Below are positions 20,783 to 30,511 of a DNA stretch of 64,000 nt, piece by piece. Under the pieces are notes generated by a model that did not search any database, was not told the DNA's origin, and worked only from the letters and a program-made list of their open reading frames with translations. Every line of letters starts with the position of its first letter. Position 1 is the stretch's first letter. A program made the translations under genes and the position numbers. The DNA is from an uncultured delta proteobacterium (GTDB taxonomy: Bacteria > Desulfobacterota > Binatia > Binatales > Binataceae): assembly GCA_963842085.1 (NCBI GenBank), contig CAWJET010000001.1, forward strand, positions 1,856,001-1,920,000. The letters run 5' to 3'.

Positions 20783-22573
20783 TCAGCCGGCGGCGGCGCG
20801 GCGGAGCTCGATCTTTCGCATCTCCGCGGCGCGCGATTGGGCCTGCTCGGCGGCGCGGCGCGCTGAATCCGTCGCGTGGTATAGCTCGAGATCGGCGTCG
20901 AACTCGCTATCAACGACCGGGCTGAGCGCGACATCGGTATAGAGCTTCGACACCGGATCGTTTTCGATCTTGCGTCGCAGCCGTTCCAGACGCCAGAAGA
21001 ACCACAGCCCAGGCACATAGGTCGCTGCCATCTCGCGCGCGCGCCGCGCAAAAAAGCTGAGTGCGTTTTCGCGCGGAACTCCGGGACGGCGTTGCGTGCG
21101 CGGCTTGCGGCGAAGGATGCCGCCTTGCAAGGGATGCACCCGTTCGAATGCATGACTCCCGTAGAAATAGAAAATCATCGAGGTAATTCGCCGCGTACGC
21201 ATTCCGCTGGCGACCGCCCGCTTGATCAGCGTCTCGATGTGCGCCGGCGAATAGTACAGGTGCCACGCCCGCTGGTAGATATCCTGCCATTCGGCGGCGC
21301 TCATCCGCGGATGAGCGGCGGTCGCATGCTCGGCGTCATACTTATTGGTGTCCGCTTCCATCCGCTCGCCGCGCAGGTACATCTCCTGGTGATCCTTGGA
21401 GCCGGGCAGCGGCGTCAGCATGAAGAACTCCATGATGTCGATCGGGAGTTCGCGCTGGATGATCCCGATGTCGCGCTCGATGCTCGCGGGCGTATCGGAC
21501 GGGAAGCCCAGGATGTAGCCGGCGTAGGTGAGCACCTTGGCGCGCTTCCACGCCTGGAGCATCTTGCGGTACTCAGTGATGCGATTCTGACCCTTCGATG
21601 CGCCCTTGAGGGAGTCGGGATTGATGCTCTCGAGCCCGATGAAAACTTTCTTGCACCCTGCGCGCACGGACTTCTCGACGAAGTTCGGGATTTTGTGGCA
21701 CATGGTGTCGACTTGCATGATGATGTTTATCTTGAGCCGGTCGCGGCGTTTGAGTTCGATGATGCGGTCGAGGATCGGTTCCCAATTCCGGTTGCGCGCG
21801 AAATTGTCGTCGGTGATGAAGAAACTGCGCACGCCCTGGGCCGCATGCGCGCGAATCAACTGCTCAATGTCGTCGGCGGTGCGATGACGGGACTTGCGCC
21901 CCTGCACATTTATGATCGTGCAGAAGCTGCAACTGAAAGGGCATCCGCGCCCCGCGTCGAAGCATCCGAGCGCGCCGGCGTAGCGCTTGACGTATTTGAT
22001 CGGAAGGAACGGCAGCGGCTCACCGTCCATCGCCGGCAAATCGGCCATGTAGTTGTAAACCGGCGCGAGACGATTCTCGAAGGCCGCGACGAGCAGCTCG
22101 TCGAGCCGGCGCTCGGCCTCGCCCGCGAACAGCGTGATTCCGAGCGCGAGCGCGTCCTTCATCTCGGGCGGCATCTCGGGCAGCATCGCGAGGCATCCGC
22201 TGACGTGGAATCCTCCTATCGCGACCTGGATTCCGGCGGCACGCATTTCGCGCGCGATATCAACGGCCCGCGCAAACTGGTTGGTTTGCACTCCGACCAA
22301 CAGAACGATGCCGCGGTTCGCGTTGCGCTTGAAGCGGCGGATTATCGAACGGACCCGGACTTTCGCATTAGTCTCGTCGTGCGCCTCGATATCGAGATCA
22401 ACGCCGTCGCCGAGGATGCGCCGCGTCTGCGCGTCGAGCGCGAGGCCGTAGAGGTTCGACAACGAGCTGGACGGCACGAATCCGCGCCACCATTGGATCA
22501 GGTAGCCGTCGTCGTCGTAGTGCGAGGGTTTGATGAGCTCGACGAGAAATCTAGTGCGATGAGCTTCGTTCAC
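20783..22573 (-). CDS. Radical SAM protein with N-terminal B12-binding-like domain
   Basis: GGFHVSG, GEAE, RGCPFSCSFC, DDNF, IGLES, TPLPGS. Confidence 0.9.
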   Translation of the reverse strand: MNEAHRTRFLVELIKPSHYDDDGYLIQWWRGFVPSSSLSNLYGLALDAQTRRILGDGVDLDIEAHDETNAKVRVRSIIRRFKRNANRGIVLLVGVQTNQFARAVDIAREMRAAGIQVAIGGFHVSGCLAMLPEMPPEMKDALALGITLFAGEAERRLDELLVAAFENRLAPVYNYMADLPAMDGEPLPFLPIKYVKRYAGALGCFDAGRGCPFSCSFCTIINVQGRKSRHRTADDIEQLIRAHAAQGVRSFFITDDNFARNRNWEPILDRIIELKRRDRLKINIIMQVDTMCHKIPNFVEKSVRAGCKKVFIGLESINPDSLKGASKGQNRITEYRKMLQAWKRAKVLTYAGYILGFPSDTPASIERDIGIIQRELPIDIMEFFMLTPLPGSKDHQEMYLRGERMEADTNKYDAEHATAAHPRMSAAEWQDIYQRAWHLYYSPAHIETLIKRAVASGMRTRRITSMIFYFYGSHAFERVHPLQGGILRRKPRTQRRPGVPRENALSFFARRAREMAATYVPGLWFFWRLERLRRKIENDPVSKLYTDVALSPVVDSEFDADLELYHATDSARRAAEQAQSRAAEMRKIELRRAAAG

Positions 22574-22830
22574 GAAACCTTTCCAACAAAACGTCGCTTC
22601 ACTCTAGTGGTAATCGAGGTTGTTCGCTACCTCCACGATCGCGGCTGCTCGCACGGAGGATCTTCGGTATGGATTTCTGCGTGATTGGATTCGGCCGATA
22701 GAAAGAGTAGGTATTTGCCCTGATACGAATTGGCATGCGCTCCTATCCGGACTGCGATAGGACGCGAATCGCGTGGACAGTTGCAGAAAGGCGTGAGCTG
22801 CGTATAGCAACCTCGCCAAAGGAGCCAACC

Positions 22831-23064
22831 TTGGACCTGAACAAATTAGTCGCGGACTTGAAGAAGGAGAGAGACAGGCTCGGTCGCGCTATCACGGCGC
22901 TCTTGGGATCGGCCATGTCGGGGAGTGGCAGAAGGACGAGCGCCGGCAGGCCTAAGGGGAGCACGTCGAAGAGGCGCAAGCGCGGCCTGACGCCGGAAGG
23001 CAGACGGCGCCTGTCACTTGCGATGAAAAAGCGTTGGGCCGAGCGCAGGAAGAAAGGTTTGTAG
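22831..23064 (+). CDS. Small basic protein (77 aa), candidate DNA-binding
   Basis: AAGGAG RBS + TTG; coiled-coil LKKERDRL..AI.AL, GRPKG, TPEGRRRLSLAMKKRWA. Confidence 0.8.
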   Translation: MDLNKLVADLKKERDRLGRAITALLGSAMSGSGRRTSAGRPKGSTSKRRKRGLTPEGRRRLSLAMKKRWAERRKKGL

Positions 23065-23131
23065 CGGACGGACTGATCGACAGAAATACGTCCTGAGCTG
23101 TGCGCGAGTTGGCTAGGCAAATCCGAAAGAA

Positions 23132-23602
23132 GTGATTCTGACGCGGCTGCCGATTCTCATAGTGGCGATCGTGGCGCTCGCAGGATGCTCCGGCGTTCAG
23201 CAGGAAGAGCAGCACGTCGATCAGGATGTCGCCCATCTACAGCAGCAGCAAGACGCCTTAAGCGCCGCGATCAAGAAGATACAGGTTGTCTCCGGCGCCA
23301 ACGTCAAGGGTCATCCGCAGTACACCACGCTCGGACGTGTGGAGGGCTACTGCTTCGACCGGCCGAATTCCAGGAGCGGCCCGGCAGTCCACGGCGACCG
23401 ACTCAAAGCTGCCGCATATCGCAAGTACGGCAACCAGGTTGATGCGATCGTGAAGACGAGCGTATGGTTCGCCTCAGACGACAACTATGCTCCTTCCGAG
23501 CCCTACACCGAAAGTGGATACTTCGAATGCGCCGGCACCGCTGTCCACTTCACTGGTGAATCGGCGCCGCCGGCTCCGCCTGCGCAGCCGCCAACTGGTT
23601 GA
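23132..23602 (+). CDS. Hypothetical lipoprotein
   Basis: Lipobox LAGC, short coiled-coil, two further Cys, C-terminal CAGTAV. Confidence 0.75.
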   Translation: MILTRLPILIVAIVALAGCSGVQQEEQHVDQDVAHLQQQQDALSAAIKKIQVVSGANVKGHPQYTTLGRVEGYCFDRPNSRSGPAVHGDRLKAAAYRKYGNQVDAIVKTSVWFASDDNYAPSEPYTESGYFECAGTAVHFTGESAPPAPPAQPPTG

Positions 23603-23643
23603 CCCGTGACTCGTATACTCAAACCAATCCAGGGGAGATCGGG

Positions 23644-24225
23644 ATGGCTATACTGATAGCACCGTTGGGCATCGAAGAGGTGAGGGCGCATCGTACCTGG
23701 TTTCTCTGCCTGGGAGCGGCGCTGATCGTCATAGGCACGATTGCGATAGGCAGCGCCGAGCTGATGACGATGGTTTCCGTGCTCTTACTCGGCTGGCTGT
23801 TAATCTTCGGCGGCTTGTTCGAGATCGTTCACGGTTTCGCGCGACGCGCCTGGGGCGGTTTTTTCATCAATCTCATGGGCGGTCTGCTCTATGCGGTGAC
23901 CGGCCTCCTGATAATCTCGCATCCGGGGGTAGCTGCCGTGACCCTAACCCTGATGATCGCGATGCTGTTGATCGTCGCGGGCACTTTCAGAATCTTCGTG
24001 GCTTTTTCGACTCCAATACCTCATCGGGGATGGCTGGTCCTCAACGGTGCAATTTCACTGTTTCTCGGATTTTGCATCATGAGTTCGTGGCCGGTTTCAG
24101 GACTGTGGGTCATCGGACTTTTCATCGGCATCGATATGATTTTCGACGGCTGGACTGAAGTGATCCTCGCATTGAGCAGCGGAAGCGGTGGAGGATCCGC
24201 ACCCGCCCAAACAACGGCTGCGTGA
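23644..24225 (+). CDS. HdeD/DUF308 family membrane protein
   Basis: About six TMs; WPVSGLWVIGLFIGIDMIF.GW signature. Confidence 0.88.
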   Translation: MAILIAPLGIEEVRAHRTWFLCLGAALIVIGTIAIGSAELMTMVSVLLLGWLLIFGGLFEIVHGFARRAWGGFFINLMGGLLYAVTGLLIISHPGVAAVTLTLMIAMLLIVAGTFRIFVAFSTPIPHRGWLVLNGAISLFLGFCIMSSWPVSGLWVIGLFIGIDMIFDGWTEVILALSSGSGGGSAPAQTTAA

Positions 24226-24244
24226 TCCTGCTTTCGAGCGCCGC

Positions 24245-24640
24245 TCAGGGCGGCGCGTGGCTGGAGCGAAAAGCTTCCAGCGCGGCGCGGACGCGTTCCG
24301 TTTCCGCGACCATGGAGTCGATCGCCGCTTGCAGGCCGTCGGTTTCTCCCCACCTGATCAGGTCCTCGATCTCACCAGACAGCTCCATCAGCCGCACCGC
24401 ACCAAAATGACTGCAACTGCCCCTTATCGCGTGTGCCGTCGTCGCAATTCCGGCGCGGTCGTTGCTGCTCATCTGCGCGCCGATTTTGCGTGCGCGTTCG
24501 CTCAAGTCGGCAAGAAATACGTCGATGATTTCGGCGATAAATTGCTCGCCCAAATCGTCGCCTTCGGCGAGTTGGGTGATCGCCCGCATGTCGATCGCGG
24601 GAACGCTTGCCCCTTCAGTGCTCACTCTGCTTTCCGGCAC
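24245..24640 (-). CDS. Stand-alone Hpt domain protein (start uncertain)
   Basis: EIIDVFL.D...AHAIRGSCSHFGA.RL..L..EIE. Confidence 0.8.
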   Translation of the reverse strand: MPESRVSTEGASVPAIDMRAITQLAEGDDLGEQFIAEIIDVFLADLSERARKIGAQMSSNDRAGIATTAHAIRGSCSHFGAVRLMELSGEIEDLIRWGETDGLQAAIDSMVAETERVRAALEAFRSSHAPP

Positions 24641-24816
24641 CCTTGATCGATCCAAGTTGCGTGCCGCAGCTGCCGATCGCCCTGCGCATCGCGACCGACG
24701 CCACCAATAATTGGCTGCGGCAGGCAATCGCGCGCCTCATGAACTAATGTGAGTTATCAACCTCAACCAGGATAGGGCACGCGAACCTCGCCAGCCGTCT
24801 GAATCGCACCGCAGCG

Positions 24817-25746
24817 TCATTCCTTTGCCGGTGAGTCATTCGAGGAAGGTCTTTTTGAGGTTGCGGCGCGCGGCTCGAGTAGCGCCATGAGCCGGCCTGG
24901 CAGAGCGCTGAGGAAGGCCATCGGGGCGCCTGACGCCGGATGGCAAAACTTCAGCTCACACGAATGTAGCGCCAACCGCCGGGCAGGATCGCTGGTCGCA
25001 CCGTACTTGCGATCGCCGACGATGGGATGCCCAAAGCCCGCCATCTGCACGCGGATCTGATTTTTGCGGCCGGTTTCGAGCGTTAGCTCGATCAGCGAGT
25101 TGTCTCGACCTGTTCGTAAAACGCGGTAGTGAGTGATCGCCAGCTCGCCACCCCGCTCGACGCGATGCATCTTGAATGACTTGCTCTCAGCAAGATTGTC
25201 GCGGAGCGTCCCCTCGGTCTTCGCGGGCACGCCCTCCACCACGGCAAGGTATTTCTTTGTGACGCTCTTCCAGTTTTTCTGAAGCGCCGCCTGCATCGGG
25301 CGGCTTCTCGCGAACAGCATCAGGCCGGAGGTCTCGCGATCGAGTCGATGCACGATGAAGACCTGCTGCAGCGGCGAATTGGTGAGCGCCTTCAGATGTT
25401 CGTTGAGAATCCGATACGCGGTCCTCTCCTTCTCGCCCGCCGAGCCCATCGAAAGCAGACCCGCTGGTTTGTCGACGACGACGATATCATCGTCGCGATA
25501 CACGATTTTCAAGCCGTGGCGCTCGATCGATGCGGCCGGGAGTTGCTTGCCTGCCGCGATAGTCACGACGTCGCCGGGCTCCAACTGGGTGTTGTGCCTC
25601 ACGGTGGTGAAACGAGTTACGGCCACTGCCCGGAAGCGCAGCAGATCCTTCGCGTGTTTGCGCGACAATCCGAGCGGCAGCGTGAGCAGATACGGCAGCA
25701 GTTCGCAGCGCGACGAGACGCTAAACCGGTGGTCACGCGTAGCCAT
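24817..25746 (-). CDS. RluA family pseudouridine synthase
   Basis: VDKPAGL, VHRLDRETSG, ETGRKNQIRV, PIVGD.KYG, LALH. Confidence 0.95.
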   Translation of the reverse strand: MATRDHRFSVSSRCELLPYLLTLPLGLSRKHAKDLLRFRAVAVTRFTTVRHNTQLEPGDVVTIAAGKQLPAASIERHGLKIVYRDDDIVVVDKPAGLLSMGSAGEKERTAYRILNEHLKALTNSPLQQVFIVHRLDRETSGLMLFARSRPMQAALQKNWKSVTKKYLAVVEGVPAKTEGTLRDNLAESKSFKMHRVERGGELAITHYRVLRTGRDNSLIELTLETGRKNQIRVQMAGFGHPIVGDRKYGATSDPARRLALHSCELKFCHPASGAPMAFLSALPGRLMALLEPRAATSKRPSSNDSPAKE

Positions 25747-25849
25747 TGCGGTAATATTGGTCGCCCACTACTCTTCACGCACCAGCCCATAGCAGAACAC
25801 ATCCGCCGCAAGGATCAGGCGCAACCCACTTCTTTCCCCTGCGCGACGC

Positions 25850-27346
25850 CTACGCTTTCGCCCAATCGACGCTCTGTTCGTACGCGTAGGCGATCTTCAG
25901 CGGCGTCGAATCCTCGAAATGCCGCCCGACGATCATCAACCCCACCGGAAGTCCGTTGGACATCGCGCACGGCACGCTTACCGCCGGATGTCCGGTGATA
26001 TCGAATGGCGCCGTGTTGGTGATCATCGAGTAGGGCGCGCGTTCGTCGATGCGATGCGCCTTCATGGGCGTCGCGGGCATCACGAGCGCGTCGTACTCGC
26101 CGAGCGCGGCATCGTATTTTGCCGTCAGCACCGGCCGGTAGCTCTGCGCCTTGGCGTAAAACTTACCGTGATAGCGCTCGCGCATAAGGTCCCCGAACAC
26201 CAGCATAAACTTGACGGTCAGCGCGACATCGTTCGCCCGTTCCGGGAACCGCTCTCCGAAGTGCGCTGCGAGTTCCGGCATGTACGCACCAGCATGATGC
26301 GTCCCTTGCAGATTGGTCCGCGCCAGCATCGCCATCCCCTCGGGCACTATCGCGTAGAGCAGGTCGGAGGCATTTCGATGCTCGGGGATCGAAATCTCGG
26401 TCGCGCGCGCCCCAAGTTTTCCGAGCGCCGCAAGCGCGCGATTCACCGCGGCGTTCACGTCGTCTTGGGCGCCGGCTTGCGTAAAGCCCTGGCGCACGAC
26501 TCCCAGCCTGATTCCGTCGAGCGACTTCCCCAGCGCCTCGCGATACGGCGCGGTCGTGACCTCGCGCTGGCGCGGATCGAACGGATCCTTGCCCGCGAGC
26601 ACTTCGAGCAGTAGCGCAACGTCGCCCACACTACGAGCCATCGGCCCGACATGATCGAGCGTTGGGTCGATACTCATCACTCCCGTGTAAGGAACGAGAC
26701 CGTAGGTCGGCTTGATACCGACTACGCCCGACCACGACGCTGGAATCCTGATCGAGCCGCCCTGGTCGGTGCCAATGGTCAGATCGATATCGTCATAGTA
26801 AAGCGCCGCCGCCGAGCCGCACGACGAGCCACCCGTGCAGTCTTCGGGATTGTGCGGATTGCGCGCCGGTCCATAGAAGCTGGTGCGGCCGTCGCCCGAA
26901 AGCGCGAAGTCGTCCATGTTCAACGTGGCGACAATTTCCGCGCCCGCGTCGAGCATCCGCGCAACGATCGTTGCGTCGCGCTCCGCCACGTAACCCTTCA
27001 GCACCGACGACCCGCCGCTCGCCGGTATCCCCGCCACGCACACGCTGTCCTTCACTCCCACCCGCTTGCCCTTGAGCGGGCCGCCGGACGCGCCCTTGAC
27101 GCTACACCGTGTGACAATCGCGTTCAGCGGATCATCCTTCGGCGAAGGCCGCACGCCCGCCTTGCGATCGCGATACCGCGTCACCGAATCCTGTGGCGCG
27201 ACCGCGATCGCGTCGATCTGCTCGAGGATCGCCATTTGTCCGGGCATCATGCCCTCAAGCGCCGCGAGTTCCTCGGCCGTCAGCTCGATATGATTCGCAC
27301 GCGCAACTCTCTTCAATTCGTCTGCACTGGGGACCTGGAACGCCAT
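25850..27346 (-). CDS. Amidase signature family protein
   Basis: GVKD, GGSSCGS, GTDQGGSIRIPAS. Confidence 0.95.
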   Translation of the reverse strand: MAFQVPSADELKRVARANHIELTAEELAALEGMMPGQMAILEQIDAIAVAPQDSVTRYRDRKAGVRPSPKDDPLNAIVTRCSVKGASGGPLKGKRVGVKDSVCVAGIPASGGSSVLKGYVAERDATIVARMLDAGAEIVATLNMDDFALSGDGRTSFYGPARNPHNPEDCTGGSSCGSAAALYYDDIDLTIGTDQGGSIRIPASWSGVVGIKPTYGLVPYTGVMSIDPTLDHVGPMARSVGDVALLLEVLAGKDPFDPRQREVTTAPYREALGKSLDGIRLGVVRQGFTQAGAQDDVNAAVNRALAALGKLGARATEISIPEHRNASDLLYAIVPEGMAMLARTNLQGTHHAGAYMPELAAHFGERFPERANDVALTVKFMLVFGDLMRERYHGKFYAKAQSYRPVLTAKYDAALGEYDALVMPATPMKAHRIDERAPYSMITNTAPFDITGHPAVSVPCAMSNGLPVGLMIVGRHFEDSTPLKIAYAYEQSVDWAKA

Positions 27347-27371
27347 CGTCGAGTCCTCTTGGTCACGTCTA

Positions 27372-28385
27372 TCAGGTGAAATACGGCATCAGATGCCGAT
27401 GCGCGTCGTCCATCGTCTGTCGCGGCGGCACGCCCGGCACTTCGAAGAACACCGGCGCCGTCACGCCCGCTTCGACGAGCCGGGCCAGGTTCTCGCGGCA
27501 TCGCGCGGGGCTGCCGGCAATCGTAAATGTATCGAGCATCTCGTCGGTCACCATGTCCGCTGGCACTTTTCCGCGCGCGAAAGTCTCGCCGAAGGCGCGA
27601 ATCGTGTCGGGCGCCAGTGCGGCCGCCGCGAAGATCGGCGTCGTCGGCTGCGGCGCCATCAGGGAGATCAAAATCGCGACGAACGGCCGAAGCCGGTCGC
27701 GCGCCGCGCGTTCGTCCTCCGAAATCGACGACAAGATATACGCGCCGACACCGAACGCGCGCTCGTCGCGGCCTGACTTCGCAAGACCTCGCCGCACGTG
27801 CTCCATCGCGAACTTCACGTACGCCGGCGACGACATCACGCTGAGCAGCAAGCCGTCCGCCACTTCTCCCGTCAGCTCGCAATTCTTTGGCCCGAGCACG
27901 CCGAGATAAATTGGAATCTCCGTGCGCACCGGCTTGAAACTCAGCTTGATTCGCTCGGTCTGAAAGACCTTTCCCGGGTACGTGACCTCTTCGCCACGAA
28001 AGAATCGCCGAACGATCTCGATACTCTCGCGCATCGCCACCGTCGGTTTTGTGTATGGAATTTTGAGGCGTCCCGCGATCCAGTCTTTCAGTCCAGCGCC
28101 GATGCCGAGAATTGCGCGTCCTTCCGCGACCTCGTCGAGCGCCGCGAATTCCATCGCGGTGAGCGCGGGATGCCGCAAATAGGGATTCACGATGCCGAGC
28201 CCAATCTTGATCTTCGACGTACCGCACGCGATTGCAGATCCTACCGTGAACGCACCGCGGTAGAAGGGATCCTCGGGCACCCAAAACGTCCCGAAGCCGA
28301 GTTCTTCGGCGTGCCTGGCGTGCGCGACGAACTCGCGCGTGTGCAGCGTTTCGAAACCGACGCCGAATTCGCGAACTTTGGCCAT
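27372..28385 (-). CDS. LLM-class flavin/F420-dependent oxidoreductase
   Basis: AEELGF..W.PE, NPYLRHP, GRAILGIGAG, GEVADG. Confidence 0.9.
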   Translation of the reverse strand: MAKVREFGVGFETLHTREFVAHARHAEELGFGTFWVPEDPFYRGAFTVGSAIACGTSKIKIGLGIVNPYLRHPALTAMEFAALDEVAEGRAILGIGAGLKDWIAGRLKIPYTKPTVAMRESIEIVRRFFRGEEVTYPGKVFQTERIKLSFKPVRTEIPIYLGVLGPKNCELTGEVADGLLLSVMSSPAYVKFAMEHVRRGLAKSGRDERAFGVGAYILSSISEDERAARDRLRPFVAILISLMAPQPTTPIFAAAALAPDTIRAFGETFARGKVPADMVTDEMLDTFTIAGSPARCRENLARLVEAGVTAPVFFEVPGVPPRQTMDDAHRHLMPYFT

Positions 28386-28389
28386 TGCC

Positions 28390-28857
28390 TTAAGCCTCGT
28401 CCTCGAATGCCATCCGCGGACCTTGCGCGCACCACGAGAAGTGGCAATGCCACATCTTCCAGGCCGGTTTCCCGTGCTCATCTTCGCGCACGTACACCTC
28501 GGTGCTGCGGAACTTGCCGCTGCCCGGCAGCGGCTTGCCGTCGTCGAGCGTGATCGTGAAGGCCGCGCTGCACGAGAGCCATCCCATGTCGCCGCGCACG
28601 CGCACGCGCAGGTCTTCGTCCTCGCCCAGAGTCGCTTTCGCTTTCGACTTGCCCAGCCACTCCCACAGCGTCGCCCACTCTTCGATCCCGTCGTACGAAA
28701 AGCCGTTGAGATTCCATCCGAAGAACTTGTCGCCTCCGACGAACGCGTCGCGCATCATCGGGATGCTGCCCGTCCGATTTGCTTTCACCCATAGATTGTG
28801 CAGCCGGACGATCTCGTCGATATCCTGCTGCGGGCCTTCGCCGCGAACTTTTGCCAT
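28390..28857 (-). CDS. NTF2/SnoaL-like protein
   Basis: GGAGGAG RBS; RVRGDMGW...FRSTEVYVRE..WKMWHCHFS. Confidence 0.8.
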   Translation of the reverse strand: MAKVRGEGPQQDIDEIVRLHNLWVKANRTGSIPMMRDAFVGGDKFFGWNLNGFSYDGIEEWATLWEWLGKSKAKATLGEDEDLRVRVRGDMGWLSCSAAFTITLDDGKPLPGSGKFRSTEVYVREDEHGKPAWKMWHCHFSWCAQGPRMAFEDEA

Positions 28858-28977
28858 TGCAACTCCTCCGTTGAGCGCGTTCGTACGCGAGTAGCTATAC
28901 CTCAGTTCGCACCGAACATTCACGCTTGGCGAATCTCCAAAGTTCGGGCTAAGTTGGCGCCAGACAGGAGGCTCGCA

Positions 28978-29841
28978 ATGGACCAGTTCAAAGTCGGCAA
29001 CGTCAAGATAACCCGGATTGTCGAGAGCGAGGCGCCATGGCCCGGCACCTGGCTCCTGCCCGACGCAACTTACGAGAACGTGAAGCAGGAAGCCGACTGG
29101 CTCTATCCCACTTTCTCCGACGAGAAGGGCAAGCTCCGCATGAGCATCCACGCGCTCGTCATCGAGTCGCAGGGCAAGCGCATCATCGTCGACACCTGCA
29201 TCGGCAACGACAAGGTCCGTTCGAACCCGGTGTGGAGCAATCTGAAGCTGCCGTTCCTGAGCGACCTGGAAAAGGCCGGACATACGCGCGACAACATCGA
29301 TCGTGTCATCTGCACGCATTTGCACGTGGACCACGTCGGCTGGAACACGATGCTCAAGGACGGCAAGTGGGTGCCGACGTTCCCCAACGCCCGCTACCTG
29401 ATTGGCGGCACCGAGTGGGATTACTGGTCGCACTTCGACGGCAAGGACGCGCGCGACCCGGTCGAAGATTCGGTGCGCCCGGTTGTCGACGCTGGCGTTG
29501 CCGATCTGATCGACTCAAACTTTCGTGTCACCGACGAAGTGTGGCTCGAGCCGACGCCCGGTCACACTCCGGGGCATCACAGCGTGCGGATTTCGTCGAA
29601 CGGGCAAGAGGCAGTGATCACCGGCGACCTGATGCATCATCCGATTCAATGCCGCTATCCCGAATGGGACGACAGTTTCGATTCCGACGGCGCGATGGCC
29701 AAGAAGACGCGGCGCGCATTCTGCGAAAAGTATGCCGACACCAACGTCGTCGTTTTCGGAACGCATTTCGCGACGCCATCGGCGGGAAAGATCTCGAAGA
29801 AAGGCGACTCGTTCAGGTTCACGGCATCCAAATCACAGTAG
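28978..29841 (+). CDS. MBL-fold metallo-hydrolase
   Basis: VDT, THLHVDHVGWN, PGHTPGH, GDLMH, GTHF; AGGAGG RBS. Confidence 0.93.
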   Translation: MDQFKVGNVKITRIVESEAPWPGTWLLPDATYENVKQEADWLYPTFSDEKGKLRMSIHALVIESQGKRIIVDTCIGNDKVRSNPVWSNLKLPFLSDLEKAGHTRDNIDRVICTHLHVDHVGWNTMLKDGKWVPTFPNARYLIGGTEWDYWSHFDGKDARDPVEDSVRPVVDAGVADLIDSNFRVTDEVWLEPTPGHTPGHHSVRISSNGQEAVITGDLMHHPIQCRYPEWDDSFDSDGAMAKKTRRAFCEKYADTNVVVFGTHFATPSAGKISKKGDSFRFTASKSQ

Positions 29842-29845
29842 CGTC

Positions 29846-30499
29846 ATGGGTGACGTTGCGCTTTCGTTCGACAATGGCCCCGATCCCGCCGTGACGCCGG
29901 TGGTGCTCGACGTGCTCGCGCACCGCGGCGTGAAGGCGTCGTTCTTCGTCCTCGGAAAAAATCTCGCGATGCCGGAGCGGATGAAACTCGCCCAGCGCGC
30001 GGCGGCCGAGGGGCATCGAATCGGCAATCATTCGTACACGCATCGCATACCACTAGGCGACGACCCCGCTGCGGATGCCGTCGATTCGGAAATCGCAAAA
30101 ACCGAGCGGCTGATCGGCGCGCTCGCCGAAACGCCGAAACTGTTTCGTCCGTTCGGCGGCGGCGGCAAGATTGGGCCGCATCTGCTGAGCCGCGCCGCGG
30201 CCGATCACCTGGTCGCCAATCGTTACACCTGCGTGCTCTGGAATTGCGTGCCCGAGGATTGGATCGATCAGGACGCGTGGGTCGAGCGCGCGCTTCGCGA
30301 CGTCTCGACGCGGCCGCATACGCTGGTCGTGATGCACGACATCCTGCTGCGCGCGATGAGCCATCTCGATCGCTTCATCGGCGCGCTCGAGGACGCTGGA
30401 CATCGCATGACGCGCGAGTTTCCCGCCGAATGCGTGCCGATCGAGCGCGGCCAGATCGTCCGCGATATTTCGGGAATCGTGTCTTGCGCGCGCGTTTGA
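29846..30499 (+). CDS. Polysaccharide deacetylase (CE4/NodB-like)
   Basis: SFDNGP, GNHSYTH, FRPF, DW, MHD. Confidence 0.88.
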   Translation: MGDVALSFDNGPDPAVTPVVLDVLAHRGVKASFFVLGKNLAMPERMKLAQRAAAEGHRIGNHSYTHRIPLGDDPAADAVDSEIAKTERLIGALAETPKLFRPFGGGGKIGPHLLSRAAADHLVANRYTCVLWNCVPEDWIDQDAWVERALRDVSTRPHTLVVMHDILLRAMSHLDRFIGALEDAGHRMTREFPAECVPIERGQIVRDISGIVSCARV

Positions 30500-30511
30500 T
30501 AGCCTGACGAC

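Noticed and set aside
21092-22684. 530-aa ORF antisense to the radical SAM (likewise 54051-55415, 51447-52961, 43467-44942)
   Set aside because: Expected stop-poor antisense frames of high-GC genes; no motifs
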